Below are positions 9,265 through 22,998 of a DNA stretch of 64,000 nucleotides, piece by piece. Made by a program: the position numbers and the translations under genes. The stretch covers positions 6,944,001-7,008,000 of the forward strand of contig CM082590.2 in the NCBI GenBank assembly GCA_040954595.2, in the 5' to 3' direction. The DNA is from Balanoglossus misakiensis. Its lineage: Eukaryota; Animalia; Hemichordata. The stretch's first letter is position 1. Every line of letters begins with the position of its first letter. The notes beneath the pieces are model-generated. The model made no database searches, was not told the origin of the DNA, and was given only the letters and a program-made list of their open reading frames with translations.

Positions 9265-11835
9265 AGTGAAAGTGAAGTGTGGAAGGAAATCAAAATGGCG
9301 AGACATTCCAACAGAGAACGCCCTCCTGTGTTTGTTGTGAAGACATAAAACCATAGCAACACAAGAAAAACAAGTATCTACGCTAAAATGGACTAATATA
9401 GCCGATAACATTGAATCAGTACATTATACTTAGTAACCATGGAGACCACAAACTCTAACCTTTATTATTTTTATAGTTAAAGTCTCATGACTTTTTTTCA
9501 AGTTCATACAGAACTAGATCACCATGGAAAAGAATTCTTATTGTAACACATGATAATATTAATTCCTGAATATTGAGTTTGAATAATAATTTTTGTACAA
9601 AAAATGCCAATGACAGTCTCCTGATAATGAAAGTGTACTTAGCCGCTAATGAATTTGAGAGGAATCAATGTTGGCAGCTGAATTTTTTTGAGGTAGAACG
9701 TTAATTTCTGTGTGGGTTCAACTTTTTCTTATATATCTCTTGATTACTCTAAGAATTTGTATAATTTGCATATTTAATTGTGTTTGCTATATAAACAACA
9801 ATGTATGTTCAAAATTTGTAATTTTATAACATTTTATAAATTTGAAACTGTATTATCCTACAAGTGATTTTATAATCAGTACATATATTTGCTACCTATT
9901 CGAATAACAGAACCAAACATGTAATATATTTGATTTGGTAATATATTTGTACAATATTTGTGCTTGCAACATTTAATGAGTTTGAAACTGTATTATCCTA
10001 CAAGTGATTTTATAATCAGTACATATATTTGCTACCTATTCGAATAACAGTACTAAACATGTAATATGTTTGATTTGATTATGTTTGTACAACATTTGTG
10101 TTTGCAACATTTTATGAGTTTGAAACTCTCTGATTTTATAATCAGTTCATCTCTGCTACATTTTTGAATAACAATACGAAACCTGGAGTGTGTTTGATTT
10201 GATTTTTTTTTAAATTTGATTATTAAAGAGATTTGATTTGCAAATCCAGAATATTTGTCAATGAGTCACTACTCACTGTGAAGAGAGGATTGTGTGGGGT
10301 TGAAGAACAATTTTGGAGCGATAAAACGGGCTGACTGAATTCTTATATGAATGCTGTTCCCATTTTCAAACAAGTTTAAAATGTTAAATGAAAATTAGAA
10401 CAGTATAGGGCGTTCACAAGATGCCCGGGTCTGTACTCAAAAACGACGGTTATGAGACGCACTGTCAATTTTCGTGTTATTGGCAGTATTGAGCTTGTGT
10501 GTGCGTGTGTGTGTGTGTGCATTTGTGTGTGTGTGTGTGTGCGTGTGTGTGCATGTGTGTTCATGTGTGTGTGCCTGCATGTGCCTCTGTGTATGTGTGT
10601 GTGTGTGTGCGTCCGTGCATGCCAAACTTGAACCCCATAATTAGGTGTAAGCCTACAGTGTTTGAGTGAAGGCCCTGTCATTATGTGCACGCTCTTTTTG
10701 CTTTCAATTTTCATTTAATGCTGCATTCATTCAAAACAATTAAACTTTATACCTGCATTGCTATTCACTCCATTCAGGCCTATGTATTTGTAAACACAAA
10801 GTGAAACTAAGAATATTGGATCGTGAGCTCCCTGTGGTTTGAGAAATCTGGCAAGCCTTGTACAGAGAGAAGAGACAAATGTATAGAAACACAGTTTTCT
10901 AAAGATTGACCGATATTTGCATCCAACGTCCAACCTGTTTTAGTGACGTAGACACTCAGCATAGGGCTGAAGTGGCGAGCGACCTCTGGGTCGAGCGTCA
11001 TAGACGCGAGACATTGCCATGGAAACAGTGAGCAAAATGGCACAAGCCGCTGACGATAGTCTACGTCCACCAAGTATCGCAGAAAATAATTCTTTGGAGA
11101 ATTTGTTCATGTTTGTGGTCTGTCCCTGACTGGGTTTTTGAATACTCAACGCGAGAGTTCAAACGAGGTCATGGCTCTTTGTGTGTTCAATTCTGTTCAC
11201 ACCACAGGCGCTGGTAATATTATTGTGATAGTAATCTTTATGTCTTTATGACTTTTCAATTCAATAAAAAACATGGCCATAGCCACTTGGTCGTTTATAC
11301 TTGTACAGTACTATCATGTACTATGATTCTGTATTTAATAGGCAAGTCATCAAAACATTCTACATATATGACTATCACAACATTATTACGAGCGCCTGTG
11401 GTTCACACTAGACTATGGGCTGGTGACTATGTGTAAGATATATAATGGTTCTTTGATCAAAACCACCAAAAATTACTTTCTGGAACACATATGTTTCATT
11501 TTCCGGACGCATACTGTGTCAGATATACAATAGTTCCATGAGAACAATGTAATGCTATCTAATCAATCTCCCAGACCCCCACCCACCACATTTATCAAGT
11601 GGTCCAGCCGTTAGTTCAAACGAGGTCATCGTTATCGCTCATTCACTTCTGTTCACACTAGACTATATGCACAGGGGCGGGGCTTATCATATACGCGTGT
11701 CAAACCTTTGACAGTTCAGTAAACATTGCACTACGGGGGAACAGGTATATACACCAGACTTTGTGGAATCGCGTCACATGATTTCTGTACTGGTACACAC
11801 AGGTACAGAAAGGCGTTCACCTCACATCAACAGCT

Positions 11836-14064
11836 ATGGCAGCCAAAGAGTCCAAGTTCTTGGCGGAAATCGACACTAATTTTCTCTCCTGTACTATCTG
11901 CTCGGAGCGATACAAGAATGCTAAACAGCTACCGTGTCTGCACAGCTTCTGCGAGCCGTGTCTGGGGAAGCTGGCAGAGAAAAGTAGCGTCATAGCCTGT
12001 CCAATATGTCGGCGTTCATACCAACTTCCTGATAGTGGCGTGGCAGGTATCGGTGGCAATGCATTCGTCAACGAATTGGTGGAAGTGTTTGGAAAACGCG
12101 AAGAGGGAACCAACAGGTCCAGAAAATGCGAGAGCTGTGATCAGAATGAGATTACAAATCATTGCATCGAGTGTGATGTTAATATGTGCAGTAACTGCGC
12201 TCTTGCACATACTCGCTTGAAGGTGACAAAATCACACCGTCTGATGACCTTGGAAGAGTTCGAGTCTGCAAAGTCTGCTGACCTCGCTTCAGTTCAGCCA
12301 CCGATCTACTGTTCTGCTCACCCTAACTACGAAGTCGAATTCTACTGTGACACGTGCGACAAAGCTATCTGTCTCAAATGCACGGCTATAGATCATCCAA
12401 TCACCGAGCATAAATACAGATACTTGAAAGACGCAGCCACTGAATACTGCAAAGATCTGACAGAAGTAATCGACAAAGTGAAAGTGAAAGAAGACGAAGC
12501 CAGCCACAGCAAAGCCGTCGTCACGGAGACGGCTGAATCTCTCGACAGCTGTTATCAGACAGAGAACAAGAAAATGAAAGAACACATCCAGAAAACAATC
12601 GATGACGTCACTCGCATGATTCGTGAAAATGGTGACAAACTTCTTGGAGAGCTGAAAGATGAATACGATAGAAGGAAAGTCAACTTAAATGCACAACTGA
12701 AAGAACTGGAGTTTGCAGAGAGTGACATGTCAAATGCAAGAGAGTATGCTGAGAAACTGATGCATTTTGGGAATGCAGCCCAGTTGATGTCAGCCAGGAA
12801 AGGGATTGCCACTCAAATGGAAGAATTGCTGAGAATGGAGACGAAAATTGACCCGACTGAGACTGACTACATGGAGTTCAAACCATATGATGATTTCTGT
12901 AGAACAAAAACTGTGGGTGTAATATCCACATCAAATCCTGTACCAGCTGATAACTGCAGTCTGGTTGATGTTCCCGAATTTACAAGAGTTGATGAAGATA
13001 TCGCCATCACCCTAGCAACAGAGGTCAAGCAGAGAAAAGAAACGCCCAAAGAAGTAAAAGTCGAGGCAGTCTTGAAGAAACCAGACGACAGCCAAGAAGA
13101 CATGGAAACAACAAATAATGGTGATGGAACATGGAGTTTGAAAACCCGTGCCAAGATGACAGGAAATCATGAAGTCTCAGTGTCGGTATCCAAGAAACCA
13201 GTCAAAGGGTCACCAGTTACAATCAATGTTATTCCACAGAAAGGTTTGATTTGTAAATTTGGTCAGGAAGGGTCAGGAGTAGGGCAGTTGAGTAATCCAG
13301 GGGGAGTCATGGTAACCAGGGGTGGCAATGTTAGGGTGTGTGATAGTGATAATAATAGATTACAGACATTCACACAACATGGCCAACATAGATGTACAAC
13401 CACGTTCAGTAATATTTCAACCACAGTTTATCCAAAGTTTTCAGCTGCATCAGAGGATGGAAGTATCTTTACTACTGATGACAGTGGTAAGCAAGTAATC
13501 GTGCATGATGAGAATGGTAGAGTGATGCGTTGTTTCGGCAAAGGTGTGATTCAATCCCCGCGCGGAATTGCGATACATCCTGTCAATGGGAGGGTCTATG
13601 TAGTCAATTATGGGATTGGGGGTCACTGTGTACACATCTACAACCAGAATGGTGATCATTACAAGTCTTTTGGCACTCAAGGGCACAGTCAGATGTCCTA
13701 CCCTGTAGGCATCAGTATTGATGCTGCAGGGAAAGTGTTTGAATCAGATAATTGCAATCACCGTATTCAAGTGTTTGATGCTGAGGGTGGATATCTGTAC
13801 AGCTTTGGAAGTCCCGGGTCAGGTGATAATCAGATGAGATACCCCTATGGGATATCACATGACAGTGATGGCAACGTGTATGTGTGTGATTACTGGAATC
13901 ACAGAGTGATGAAGTATGAGTCAGATGGTCAATTCATTGGTCGCATAGACAGTGATGATGATAGGGTAGAATTTCCACAAGGTATCTGTGTGACCGATGA
14001 CAAGCCATTTGGCAATGTTATCGTGTCTAGTGGGAACGGATATGTGAAGGTGTTTGCTCAGTGA
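11836..14064 (+). CDS. TRIM-NHL protein, array copy 3 (742 aa)
   Basis: Intact ORF; in-frame +2 aa (VVNYGIGGH) and -2 aa (GHSQ-MS) in NHL loops. Confidence 0.95.
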   Translation: MAAKESKFLAEIDTNFLSCTICSERYKNAKQLPCLHSFCEPCLGKLAEKSSVIACPICRRSYQLPDSGVAGIGGNAFVNELVEVFGKREEGTNRSRKCESCDQNEITNHCIECDVNMCSNCALAHTRLKVTKSHRLMTLEEFESAKSADLASVQPPIYCSAHPNYEVEFYCDTCDKAICLKCTAIDHPITEHKYRYLKDAATEYCKDLTEVIDKVKVKEDEASHSKAVVTETAESLDSCYQTENKKMKEHIQKTIDDVTRMIRENGDKLLGELKDEYDRRKVNLNAQLKELEFAESDMSNAREYAEKLMHFGNAAQLMSARKGIATQMEELLRMETKIDPTETDYMEFKPYDDFCRTKTVGVISTSNPVPADNCSLVDVPEFTRVDEDIAITLATEVKQRKETPKEVKVEAVLKKPDDSQEDMETTNNGDGTWSLKTRAKMTGNHEVSVSVSKKPVKGSPVTINVIPQKGLICKFGQEGSGVGQLSNPGGVMVTRGGNVRVCDSDNNRLQTFTQHGQHRCTTTFSNISTTVYPKFSAASEDGSIFTTDDSGKQVIVHDENGRVMRCFGKGVIQSPRGIAIHPVNGRVYVVNYGIGGHCVHIYNQNGDHYKSFGTQGHSQMSYPVGISIDAAGKVFESDNCNHRIQVFDAEGGYLYSFGSPGSGDNQMRYPYGISHDSDGNVYVCDYWNHRVMKYESDGQFIGRIDSDDDRVEFPQGICVTDDKPFGNVIVSSGNGYVKVFAQ

Positions 14065-16454
14065 AGTGAGAGTGAAGTGTGGAAGGAAATCAAAATGGCG
14101 AGACATGCCAACAGAGAACGCCCTCCTGTGTTTGTTGTGAAGACATAAAACCATAGCAACACAAGAAAAACAAATATCTACGCTATAAATTAAGACACCT
14201 AATATTGCCAACAAAATTGAATCAGTCCTTTACTTAGAACCCATGGACCTCACAAATTCTAAACTGTATTTTTTATAGTTAAAGTATCTTTAAGTTAACT
14301 TTTTTCAAGTTTAAACAGAACTAGATCACCATGGAAAAGAATTCTTATTGTAACAAAAGATAATATTAATTGCTGAATATTGACTTTAAATAATAATTTT
14401 TGTACAAAAAAATGTCAATGTCAGTCTTCTGATAATGAAAGCGTACTTAGCCGCTAATTAATTTGAGAGGAATCAATGTTGGGAGGTGATTTTTTTGAGG
14501 TAGAACGTTAATTTCTGTGTGGGTTCAACTATTTCTTATATATCTTTTGATTACTCTAAGAATTTGTATAATTTGTATATTTTATTGTGTTTGCTATATA
14601 AACAAGGTTGTATATTTGTTCAAAATTTGTGCTTGTAACATTTTATTAATTTGAAACTGTATTATCCTACAAGTGATTTTATAATCAGTACATATATTTG
14701 CTACCTATTCGAATAACAGTACTAAACATGTAATTTGTTTGATTTGATTATGTTTGTACAATATTTCTTCTTGCAACATTTTATCAGTTTGAAACTCTCT
14801 CATCCTACAAGTGATTTTATAATCAGTTCATCTCTGCTACATGTTTGAATAACAATACGAAACCTGGAGTGTGTTTGATTTGATTTTTTTAAAAAATTGA
14901 TTATTAAAGAGATTTGATTTGCAAATCCAGAATATTTGTCAATGAGTCACTACTCACTGTGAAGAGAGGATTGTGTGGGGTTGAAGAACAATTTTGGAGC
15001 GATAAAACGGGCTGACTGAATTCTTATATGAATGCAGTTCCCATTTTCAAACAAGTTTAAAATGTTAAATGAAAATTAGAACAGTATAGGGCGTACACAA
15101 GATGCCCGGGTCTGTACTCAAAAACGACGGTTATGAGACGCACTGTCAATTTTCGTGTCATTAGCAGGATTGAGCTTGTGTGTGTGTTCGTGTGTGCATT
15201 TTTGTGTGTGTGCGTGTGCATGTGCGTCCGTGCATGCCAAACTTGAACCCCATAATTAGGTGTAAGCCTACAGTGTTTGAGTGAAGGCCCTGTCATTATG
15301 TGCACGCTCCTTTTGCTTTCAATTTACATTTAATGCTGCATTCATTCAAAACAATTCAACTTTATACCTGCGTTGCTATTCACTCCATGCAGGCCTATGT
15401 ATTTGAAAACAAAAAGTGAAACTAAGAATATTGGATCGTGAGCTCCCTGTGGTTTGAGAAATCTGGCAAGCCTTGTACAGAGAGAAGAGACAAATGTATA
15501 GAAACACAGTTTTCTAAAGATTGACCGATACTTGCATCCAACGTCCAACCTGTTTTAGTGACGTAGACACTCAGCATAGGGCTGAAGTGGCGAGCGACCT
15601 CTGGGTCGAGCGTCATTGACAGTACGAGACATTGCCATGGAAACAGTGAGTAAAACGACACAAGCGGTTGACGATAGTCTACGTCCACTAAGTATCGCAG
15701 AAAATAAGTCTTTGGAGAATTCGTTCATGTTTGTGGTCTGTTCCTGAATGGGTTTTTGAATACTCAACGCAAGAGTTCAAACGAGGTCAGGGCTCTTTGC
15801 GCGTTCAATTCTGTTCACACCACAGGCGCTCGTAATATTCTTGTGATAGTAATCTTTATGTCTTTATTACTCTTTAATTCAATAAAACACATGGCCATAG
15901 CCACTTGGTCGTTTATACTTGTACTGTACTATCATGTACTTTGATTCTGTATTTAATAGGCAAGTCATAAAGACATTCTACATATATGACTATCACAACA
16001 TTATTACCAGCGCCTGTGGTTCACACTAGACTATGGGCTGGGGACTATGTGTCAGATATATAATGGTACTTTGATCAAAACCACCAAAAATTACTTTCTG
16101 GAACACATTTCATTTCATTTTCCGGACGCATACTGTGTCAGATATACAATAGTTCCATAAGAACAATGTAATGCTATCTAATCAATCTCCCAGACCCCCA
16201 CCCACCACAGTTATCAAGTGGTCCAGCCGTTAGTTCAAACGAGGTCATCGCTATCGCTCATTCACTTCTGTTCACACTAGACTATATGCGCCGGGGGCGG
16301 GGCTTATCATATACGCATGCCAAACCTTTGACAGTTCAGTAAACATTGCACTACGGGGAACAGGTATATACACCAGACTTCGTGGAATCGCGTCACATGA
16401 TTTCTGTACTGGTACACACAGGTACAGAAAGGCGTTCACCTCACATCAACAGCT

Positions 16455-18674
16455 ATGGCAGCCAAAGAGTCCAAGTTCTTGGCGGAAATCGACACTAATT
16501 TTCTCTCCTGTACTATCTGCTCGGAGCGATACAAGAATGCTAAACAGCTACCGTGTCTGCACAGCTTCTGCGAGCCGTGTCTGGGGAAGCTGGCAGAGAA
16601 AAGTAGCGTCATAGCCTGTCCAATATGTCGGCGTTCATACCAACTTCCTGATAGTGGCGTGGCAGGTATCGGTGGCAATGCATTCGTCAACGAATTGGTG
16701 GAACTGTTTGGAAAACGCGAAGAGGGAACCAACAGGTCCAGAAAATGCGAGAGCTGTGATCAGAATGAGATTACAAATCATTGCATCGAGTGTGATGTTA
16801 ATATGTGCAGTAACTGCACTGTTGCACATACTCGCTTGAAGGTGACAAAATCACACCGTCTGATGACCTTGGAAGAGTTCGAGTCTGCAAAGTCCGCTGA
16901 CCTCGCTTCAGTTCAGCCACCGATCTACTGTTCTGCTCACCCTAACTACGAAGTCGAATTCTACTGTGACACGTGCGACAAAGCTATCTGTCACAAATGC
17001 ACGGCTATAGATCATCCAATCACCGAGCATAAATACAGATACTTGAAAGACGCAGCCACTGAATACTGCAAAGATCTGACAAAAGTAATCGACAAAGTGA
17101 AAGTGAAAGAAGATGAAGCCAGCCACAGCAAAGCCGTTGTCACGGAGACGGCCGAATCTCTCGACAGCTGTTATCAGACAGAGAACAAGAAAATGAAAGA
17201 ACACATCCAGAAAACAATCAATGACGTCACTCGCATGATTCGTGAAAATGGTGACAAACTTCTTGGAGAGCTGAAAGATGAATACGATAGAAGGAAAGTC
17301 AACTTAAATGCACAACTGAAAGAACTGGAGTTTGCAGAGAGTGACATGTCAAATGCAAGAGAGTATGCTGAGAAACTGATGCATTATGGGAATGCAGCGC
17401 AGTTGATGTCAGTCAGGAAAGGGATTGCCACTCAAATGAAAGAATTGCTGAGAATGGAGACGAAAATTCACCCGACTGAGACTGACCACATGGAGTTCAA
17501 ACCAAGTGATGATTTCTGTAGAACAAAAACTGTGGGTGTAATATCCACATCCCGTGTCACAGCTGATAACTGCAGTCTGGTTGATGTTCCCGAATTTGCG
17601 AGAGTTGATGAAGATATCACCATCACCCTAGCAACAGAGGTCAAGCAGAGAAAAGAAGTGTACAGAGAAGTAAAAGTAGAGGCAGTCTTGAAGAAACCAG
17701 ACGACAGCCAAGAAGACATGGAAACAACAAATAATGGTGATGGAACATGGAGTTTGAAAACCCGTGCCAAGATGACAGGAAATCATGAAGTCTCAGTGTC
17801 GGTATCCAAGAAACCAGTCAAAGGGTCACCAGTTACAATCAATGTTATTCCACAGAAAGGTTTGATTTGTAAATTTGGTCAGAAAGGGTCAGGAGTAGGG
17901 CAGTTGAGTAATCCAAGGGGAGTCATGGCAACCAGGGGTGGCAATGTTAGGGTGTGTGATAGTAATAATAATAGATTACAGACATTCACTCAACATGGCC
18001 AACATAGATGTACAACCACTTTCAGTAATATTTCAACCACAGTTAGTCCAGTGTTTTCAGCTGCATCAGAGGATGGAAGTATCTTTACTACTGATATCAG
18101 TGGTATGCAAGTAATCATGCATGATGAGAATGGTAGAGTGATGAGTTGTTTCGGCAAAGGTGTGATTAAATCCCCGCGCGGAATTGCGATACATCCTGTC
18201 AATGGGAGGGTCTATGTTGTCGATAATGTGGGTCACTGTGTACACATCTACAACAAAAATGGTGATCATTACAAGTCTTTTGGCACTCAAGGGCAAAGTC
18301 AGATGTCCTCCCCTATAGGCATCAGTATTGATGCTGCAGGGAAAGTGTTTGTATCAGATCAAGGCAATCACCGTATTCAAGTGTTTGATGCTGAGGGTGG
18401 ATATCTGTACAGCTTTGGAAGTCTAGGGTCAGGTGATAATCAGATGAGAGGGCCCCTGGGAATATCACATGACAGTGATGGCAACGTGTATGTGTGTGAT
18501 CGCAATAATCACAGAGTGATGAAGTATGAGGCAGATGGTCAATTCATCGGTCGCATTGACAGTGATGATGATAAGGTAGAATCTCCAGCAGGTATCTGTG
18601 TGACCGATGACAAGCCATTTGGCAATGTTATCGTGTCTAGTGAGAACGGATATGTGAAGGTGTTTGCTCAGTGA
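16455..18674 (+). CDS. TRIM-NHL protein, array copy 4 (739 aa)
   Basis: Intact ORF; shares the 2-aa NHL loop deletion with copy 3. Confidence 0.95.
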   Translation: MAAKESKFLAEIDTNFLSCTICSERYKNAKQLPCLHSFCEPCLGKLAEKSSVIACPICRRSYQLPDSGVAGIGGNAFVNELVELFGKREEGTNRSRKCESCDQNEITNHCIECDVNMCSNCTVAHTRLKVTKSHRLMTLEEFESAKSADLASVQPPIYCSAHPNYEVEFYCDTCDKAICHKCTAIDHPITEHKYRYLKDAATEYCKDLTKVIDKVKVKEDEASHSKAVVTETAESLDSCYQTENKKMKEHIQKTINDVTRMIRENGDKLLGELKDEYDRRKVNLNAQLKELEFAESDMSNAREYAEKLMHYGNAAQLMSVRKGIATQMKELLRMETKIHPTETDHMEFKPSDDFCRTKTVGVISTSRVTADNCSLVDVPEFARVDEDITITLATEVKQRKEVYREVKVEAVLKKPDDSQEDMETTNNGDGTWSLKTRAKMTGNHEVSVSVSKKPVKGSPVTINVIPQKGLICKFGQKGSGVGQLSNPRGVMATRGGNVRVCDSNNNRLQTFTQHGQHRCTTTFSNISTTVSPVFSAASEDGSIFTTDISGMQVIMHDENGRVMSCFGKGVIKSPRGIAIHPVNGRVYVVDNVGHCVHIYNKNGDHYKSFGTQGQSQMSSPIGISIDAAGKVFVSDQGNHRIQVFDAEGGYLYSFGSLGSGDNQMRGPLGISHDSDGNVYVCDRNNHRVMKYEADGQFIGRIDSDDDKVESPAGICVTDDKPFGNVIVSSENGYVKVFAQ

Positions 18675-19835
18675 AGTGAGAGTGAAGTGTGGAAGGAAAT
18701 CAAAATGGTGAGACATGCCAACAGAGAACGCCCTCCTGTGTTTGTTGTGAAGACATAAAACCATAGCAACACAAGAAAAACTTGTATCTACGCTAAAATG
18801 CACTAATATAGCCGATAAATTGAATCAGTACATTATACTTAGTAACCATGGAGACCACAAACTCTAACCTTTATTGTTTTTTTATAGTTAATGTGTGATG
18901 ACTTTTTACAAGTTAAACAGAACTTATTATCACCATGGAAAATAAAGCTTATAGTGACTTTTGAACACAAAAAGACAACGTTAGTTTTCTGATAATGAAA
19001 ACTCACTTAACCGCCAATTAGATATATTTGAGAGAAATTAATGTTGGCAGCTGTTCTTTTTGGGTAAAATGTTTTGTGCGGGTTGTAACCTTTTTATATA
19101 TCTCTTGATTCCTCTGAAAATTTGTATAATTTGTATATTTTACGGTGTTTTCTATATAAACAAGAATGTAGGCCTATGTTTGTTCAAAATTTGTAATTGT
19201 AAAATTTTATAAATTTGAAACTGCATTATCCTACAACTGATTTCATAATCAGTACATATATTTCCTACCTATTCGAATAACAGTACTAAACATGTAATAT
19301 ATTTGATTTGATTAATATGTTTTGAAATTATGATTTGTTAATTATTAAACATATTTGATTTTTAATCCAGAATATATTGTGTCAGTGAGTCACTACTAAT
19401 GTGAATAGAAGCTGGTGTGGTTTAGAACAATTTCGGACCGATCAAAATTGCATTCTTGTAAGACACGCTGTCAGTGTTCGTGTCATTGGCAATTTTGAGA
19501 CAATTTAGTGTGTGTGTGGGGGGGGGGCATGTATGTATGTATGTATTTGCATATGAATAAATTCAACTTACTATGTCCCAGGAAGGTTCAAGTTCCGCTA
19601 ACGCAATGTACATAAAGAAAGTTGCAAAGCCCTCCTTCAACCAAACGTCTTGCCACCACTTCATAGATACAAGATTTCCGAACCACTGAGACAGAGAAAG
19701 AAAAGTAAGCTTTAGTTGGAGTCATAGACACCTCGAGACTACTTGAATTCAATACAGTTTCACTTGCCCGATCGTTCCAACCAGTCAGACAGTCTGCAAG
19801 TCCGTTAGTCAACCATGCACGCAAGCAAACATTCA

Positions 19836-19841
19836 ATTAAT

Positions 19842-19901
<60 letters not shown>

Positions 19902-19946
19902 AATCAATCAACCAAACACGCAATCAATCAATCAATCAATCAATCA
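19836..19946. repeat. (CAAT)n microsatellite
   Basis: Seen directly. Confidence 0.95.
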
Positions 19947-21359
19947 AACAGACATCTGAACTGCACATGCTCAACTTTTCTGTTGAGAAACCCACCATCA
20001 GCATTGTTCCCACTTTTCAGAGAGACCCTGCCAATGGATACATTTTACATCAAAATAACTTGAAAAGTGATACAAAGTAACAATCACTTTGTTTGCAGTG
20101 ATGTTCATTGTAGCAGTTACACTTTGCGATTTCTTTGACTTGCTAGTTACCGTGTCCTATGGGACATATACCCGCAGTCGCAGACTGGACGATACCCACC
20201 CTTTGAACTTGTTGCAGGGACAATTAGTCTCTCTCTCTCTCGCTGCCCTTTTGCCATTAATTATGTTTGATACAAGACACCGTTTATGTTATTCTACATG
20301 TGGATATATAGTGAATCAACGTTCAACCACACACAACTTCCATCCTTCTTGTAGACACTAGGGTAAAAAACTCGCCAAAATGAAAAATTGTTCTCTACCA
20401 TTTATTCATTTTGGGCGAGTTTTTACTCTCATATCCTACAAGCAGGATGGAAGTTGTGTGTGGTTGTGTCTCATTCACCATATATCCACATGTACCGGTA
20501 GAATAACATAAACGGTGTCTTGTATCAAACATAATTAATGGAAAAAGGAGAGAGAGACTTTAATGTTATTCGACTAAAGGAGCATAGAGACAACAGTACA
20601 CCTTGTTCAATAAACATGGAAAAGTACATATAGAAAAGAAACTTTCAAAGCATCCAACATTTCCCAAGGATTGATCAGCTTACCATGTGGGAACATTCGT
20701 GTGCTGCTATTATTGCCGTATTGACTTCACTTTCCACGGATGGAGTTTGTGGATCGTACAGAGCCGATTTCTCAGAATATGTCACCAGTCCCCAGTTCTC
20801 CATGGCAGCGAATAAGTGGGTTGGCAAGGCAACATGGTCTGGAAGAGTACATAGTGATGAATTAACGTGAGTTGTGAGCTGTGTTTGGTAGTGTTCTCTG
20901 TCTGTCTGTCTGTCTTTTTGTCTGTCACCCCTCCCATCCCATCCCCTCGCCCTCCCTGCAATGGACACGGTCCTTATGGGTACAATTTTCAGGCTTCAGT
21001 ATAATATAACTTTTAGATTTTAGCAAAAATCCTCCATATATGTTTCAAGATGTATTAAAAATACTCGTCCAAACACTTAAGGCCACATCGTGATTCTCTG
21101 ACCTAGGGCCTACACCGATATTCGTCTGTATGCAAATATATAGTTCACCTACCCGATTTCAGAATCACCTCTCCCTGGTTGAAATACGATTCAAAGAATA
21201 GTAAACTGCGATCTGCTATGTCCAGCAACCAGTCCATTTGATCGATGACGTCAGAACGCGCCCACACTCGAACCTTTGTGTAAAAGAAATGGATATTCAT
21301 GTACAATAAGACACAAGGAATCTGTGACTACATACCGGTAGATAGCCAAGTAGACACAG

Positions 21360-21361
21360 AT

Positions 21362-21445
<84 letters not shown>

Positions 21446-21470
21446 ACTGTCTGTGACGTCTATCTGTCTG

Positions 21471-21549
<79 letters not shown>

Positions 21550-21550
21550 G
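21360..21550. repeat. (CTAT)n/(CT)n microsatellite
   Basis: Seen directly. Confidence 0.95.
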
Positions 21551-22998
21551 TTTACTATCTGTCTGTCCATCCATCTGTCCATCCTCATTGGATTTGCTCA
21601 ACACTTTATTCAATTTCCGTGAATTTGGGTAAATATTCTTGTCAATGGATAAACGACAAAATTTCATTACTAATACTAGGGTGAGTAAAGGTATGTACCT
21701 CAAATCCATCGGGGCGTGTACGTTGATGTGAACGGTAGTCGCTGTTGAGAAGAGCAAATCCCAAGATGTATGTTGACATTTTGGGAGTGGTCTTACAGGT
21801 GTCTCTCTGCCAGCCACTTGATAGGATACCGCGGGTGTCTAATTCCACCTGGGTGTTACACAGAGCTGTGTATGTCTCCGGGTGTTCTATAGTCACCAGG
21901 AAGACAGCTTTCATCCACGGTTCGTCGAAACATGGAAAGGCTTTCCGGGCAAACATTGGTGAGAACTGCGATGCAATTACTTTCCTGTGAAAACAAACAA
22001 ATAAACAACCAACCAAACATTAAAGCAAGCAAGAAAGCAACAAACAAACAAACGTTACGCGCCCCATGGACAGATCTTCAGTAAAGAATGATAGCCCTCC
22101 CAAACTTTATGTTGTACGAATACCTCAATTTGTATGGTGTGTACTCTTGTTGGGTATTTTGCATAATTAAATGCTGATATATTTGTTTTCAATATAAAAT
22201 ATCATTTACATTCAGTAGACTGAAGCAACCATATTTTCAGTGTTATATTATTTTTTTATTTATTTCAATCATTGAATTTAGTGCAAAAAGACTTACCATT
22301 GTTTACCGTGTCCATCCATGTATTCACTGATGTACAATCCTGTCATATCTCGCTTTAGTTGCCCCTGGAAACCGCTGATAGAAATCCGATAATCGGTACT
22401 CTCAATTAGTTCTTCTTCCATTTCTATGACGTAATACTGGTATCTGTCGAAATAAAATTGGGATTTTATCTCCAGTGGTTCATTGTAACTTTCAGCAGAT
22501 ACAGTCACCTGGTTTGGGTCGATTGTTAAGCGTGTAGGATGATGTATTCTGTGTCTTCTTCGCATGTCACGGTGATCGCTACCGAGCCCACAAGTTTTAA
22601 CCTTTATTATTTTTTATAGTTAAAGTGTCATGACTTTTTTTCAAGTTTAAACAGAACTAGATCACCATGGAAAAGAATTCTCATTGTTCAGTAACAAATG
22701 ATAATATTAATTCCTGAATTTTGACTTTAAATAATAAGTTTTGAACAAAAATGATAATGTAATAGTCTTTTGATGATGAAAGCGAACTTAGCCGCCAATT
22801 AATTTGAGAGGAATCAATGTTGGCAGCTGATTTTTTGAGAAAGAATGTTTCATTTCTGTGTGGGTTGTAAACTTTTCTTATATATCTCTAGATTTCTCTG
22901 AGAATTTGTATAATTTGTATATTTTATGATGTTTGCTATATAAACAAGAATGTATGTTTCTTCAAAATTTGTGCTTGTAACATTTTATAAATTTGAAA

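Larger units (their letters stand above)
19572..22590 (-). pseudogene. M1-family aminopeptidase (TRHDE/pyroglutamyl-peptidase II-like) gene fragment A
   Basis: GT-AG exons at about 22297-22590, 21699-21984 (QFSPMFARKAFPCFDEP), 21153-21273 (VRVWAR..FFESYF), 20684-20838 (AAMENWGL..HECSH) and 19572-19685 ([21 protein letters not shown]). 5'-truncated by a junction with TRIM spacer; frameshift near 22530 (..YIILHA* versus LTIDPN frame). Confidence 0.85.
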
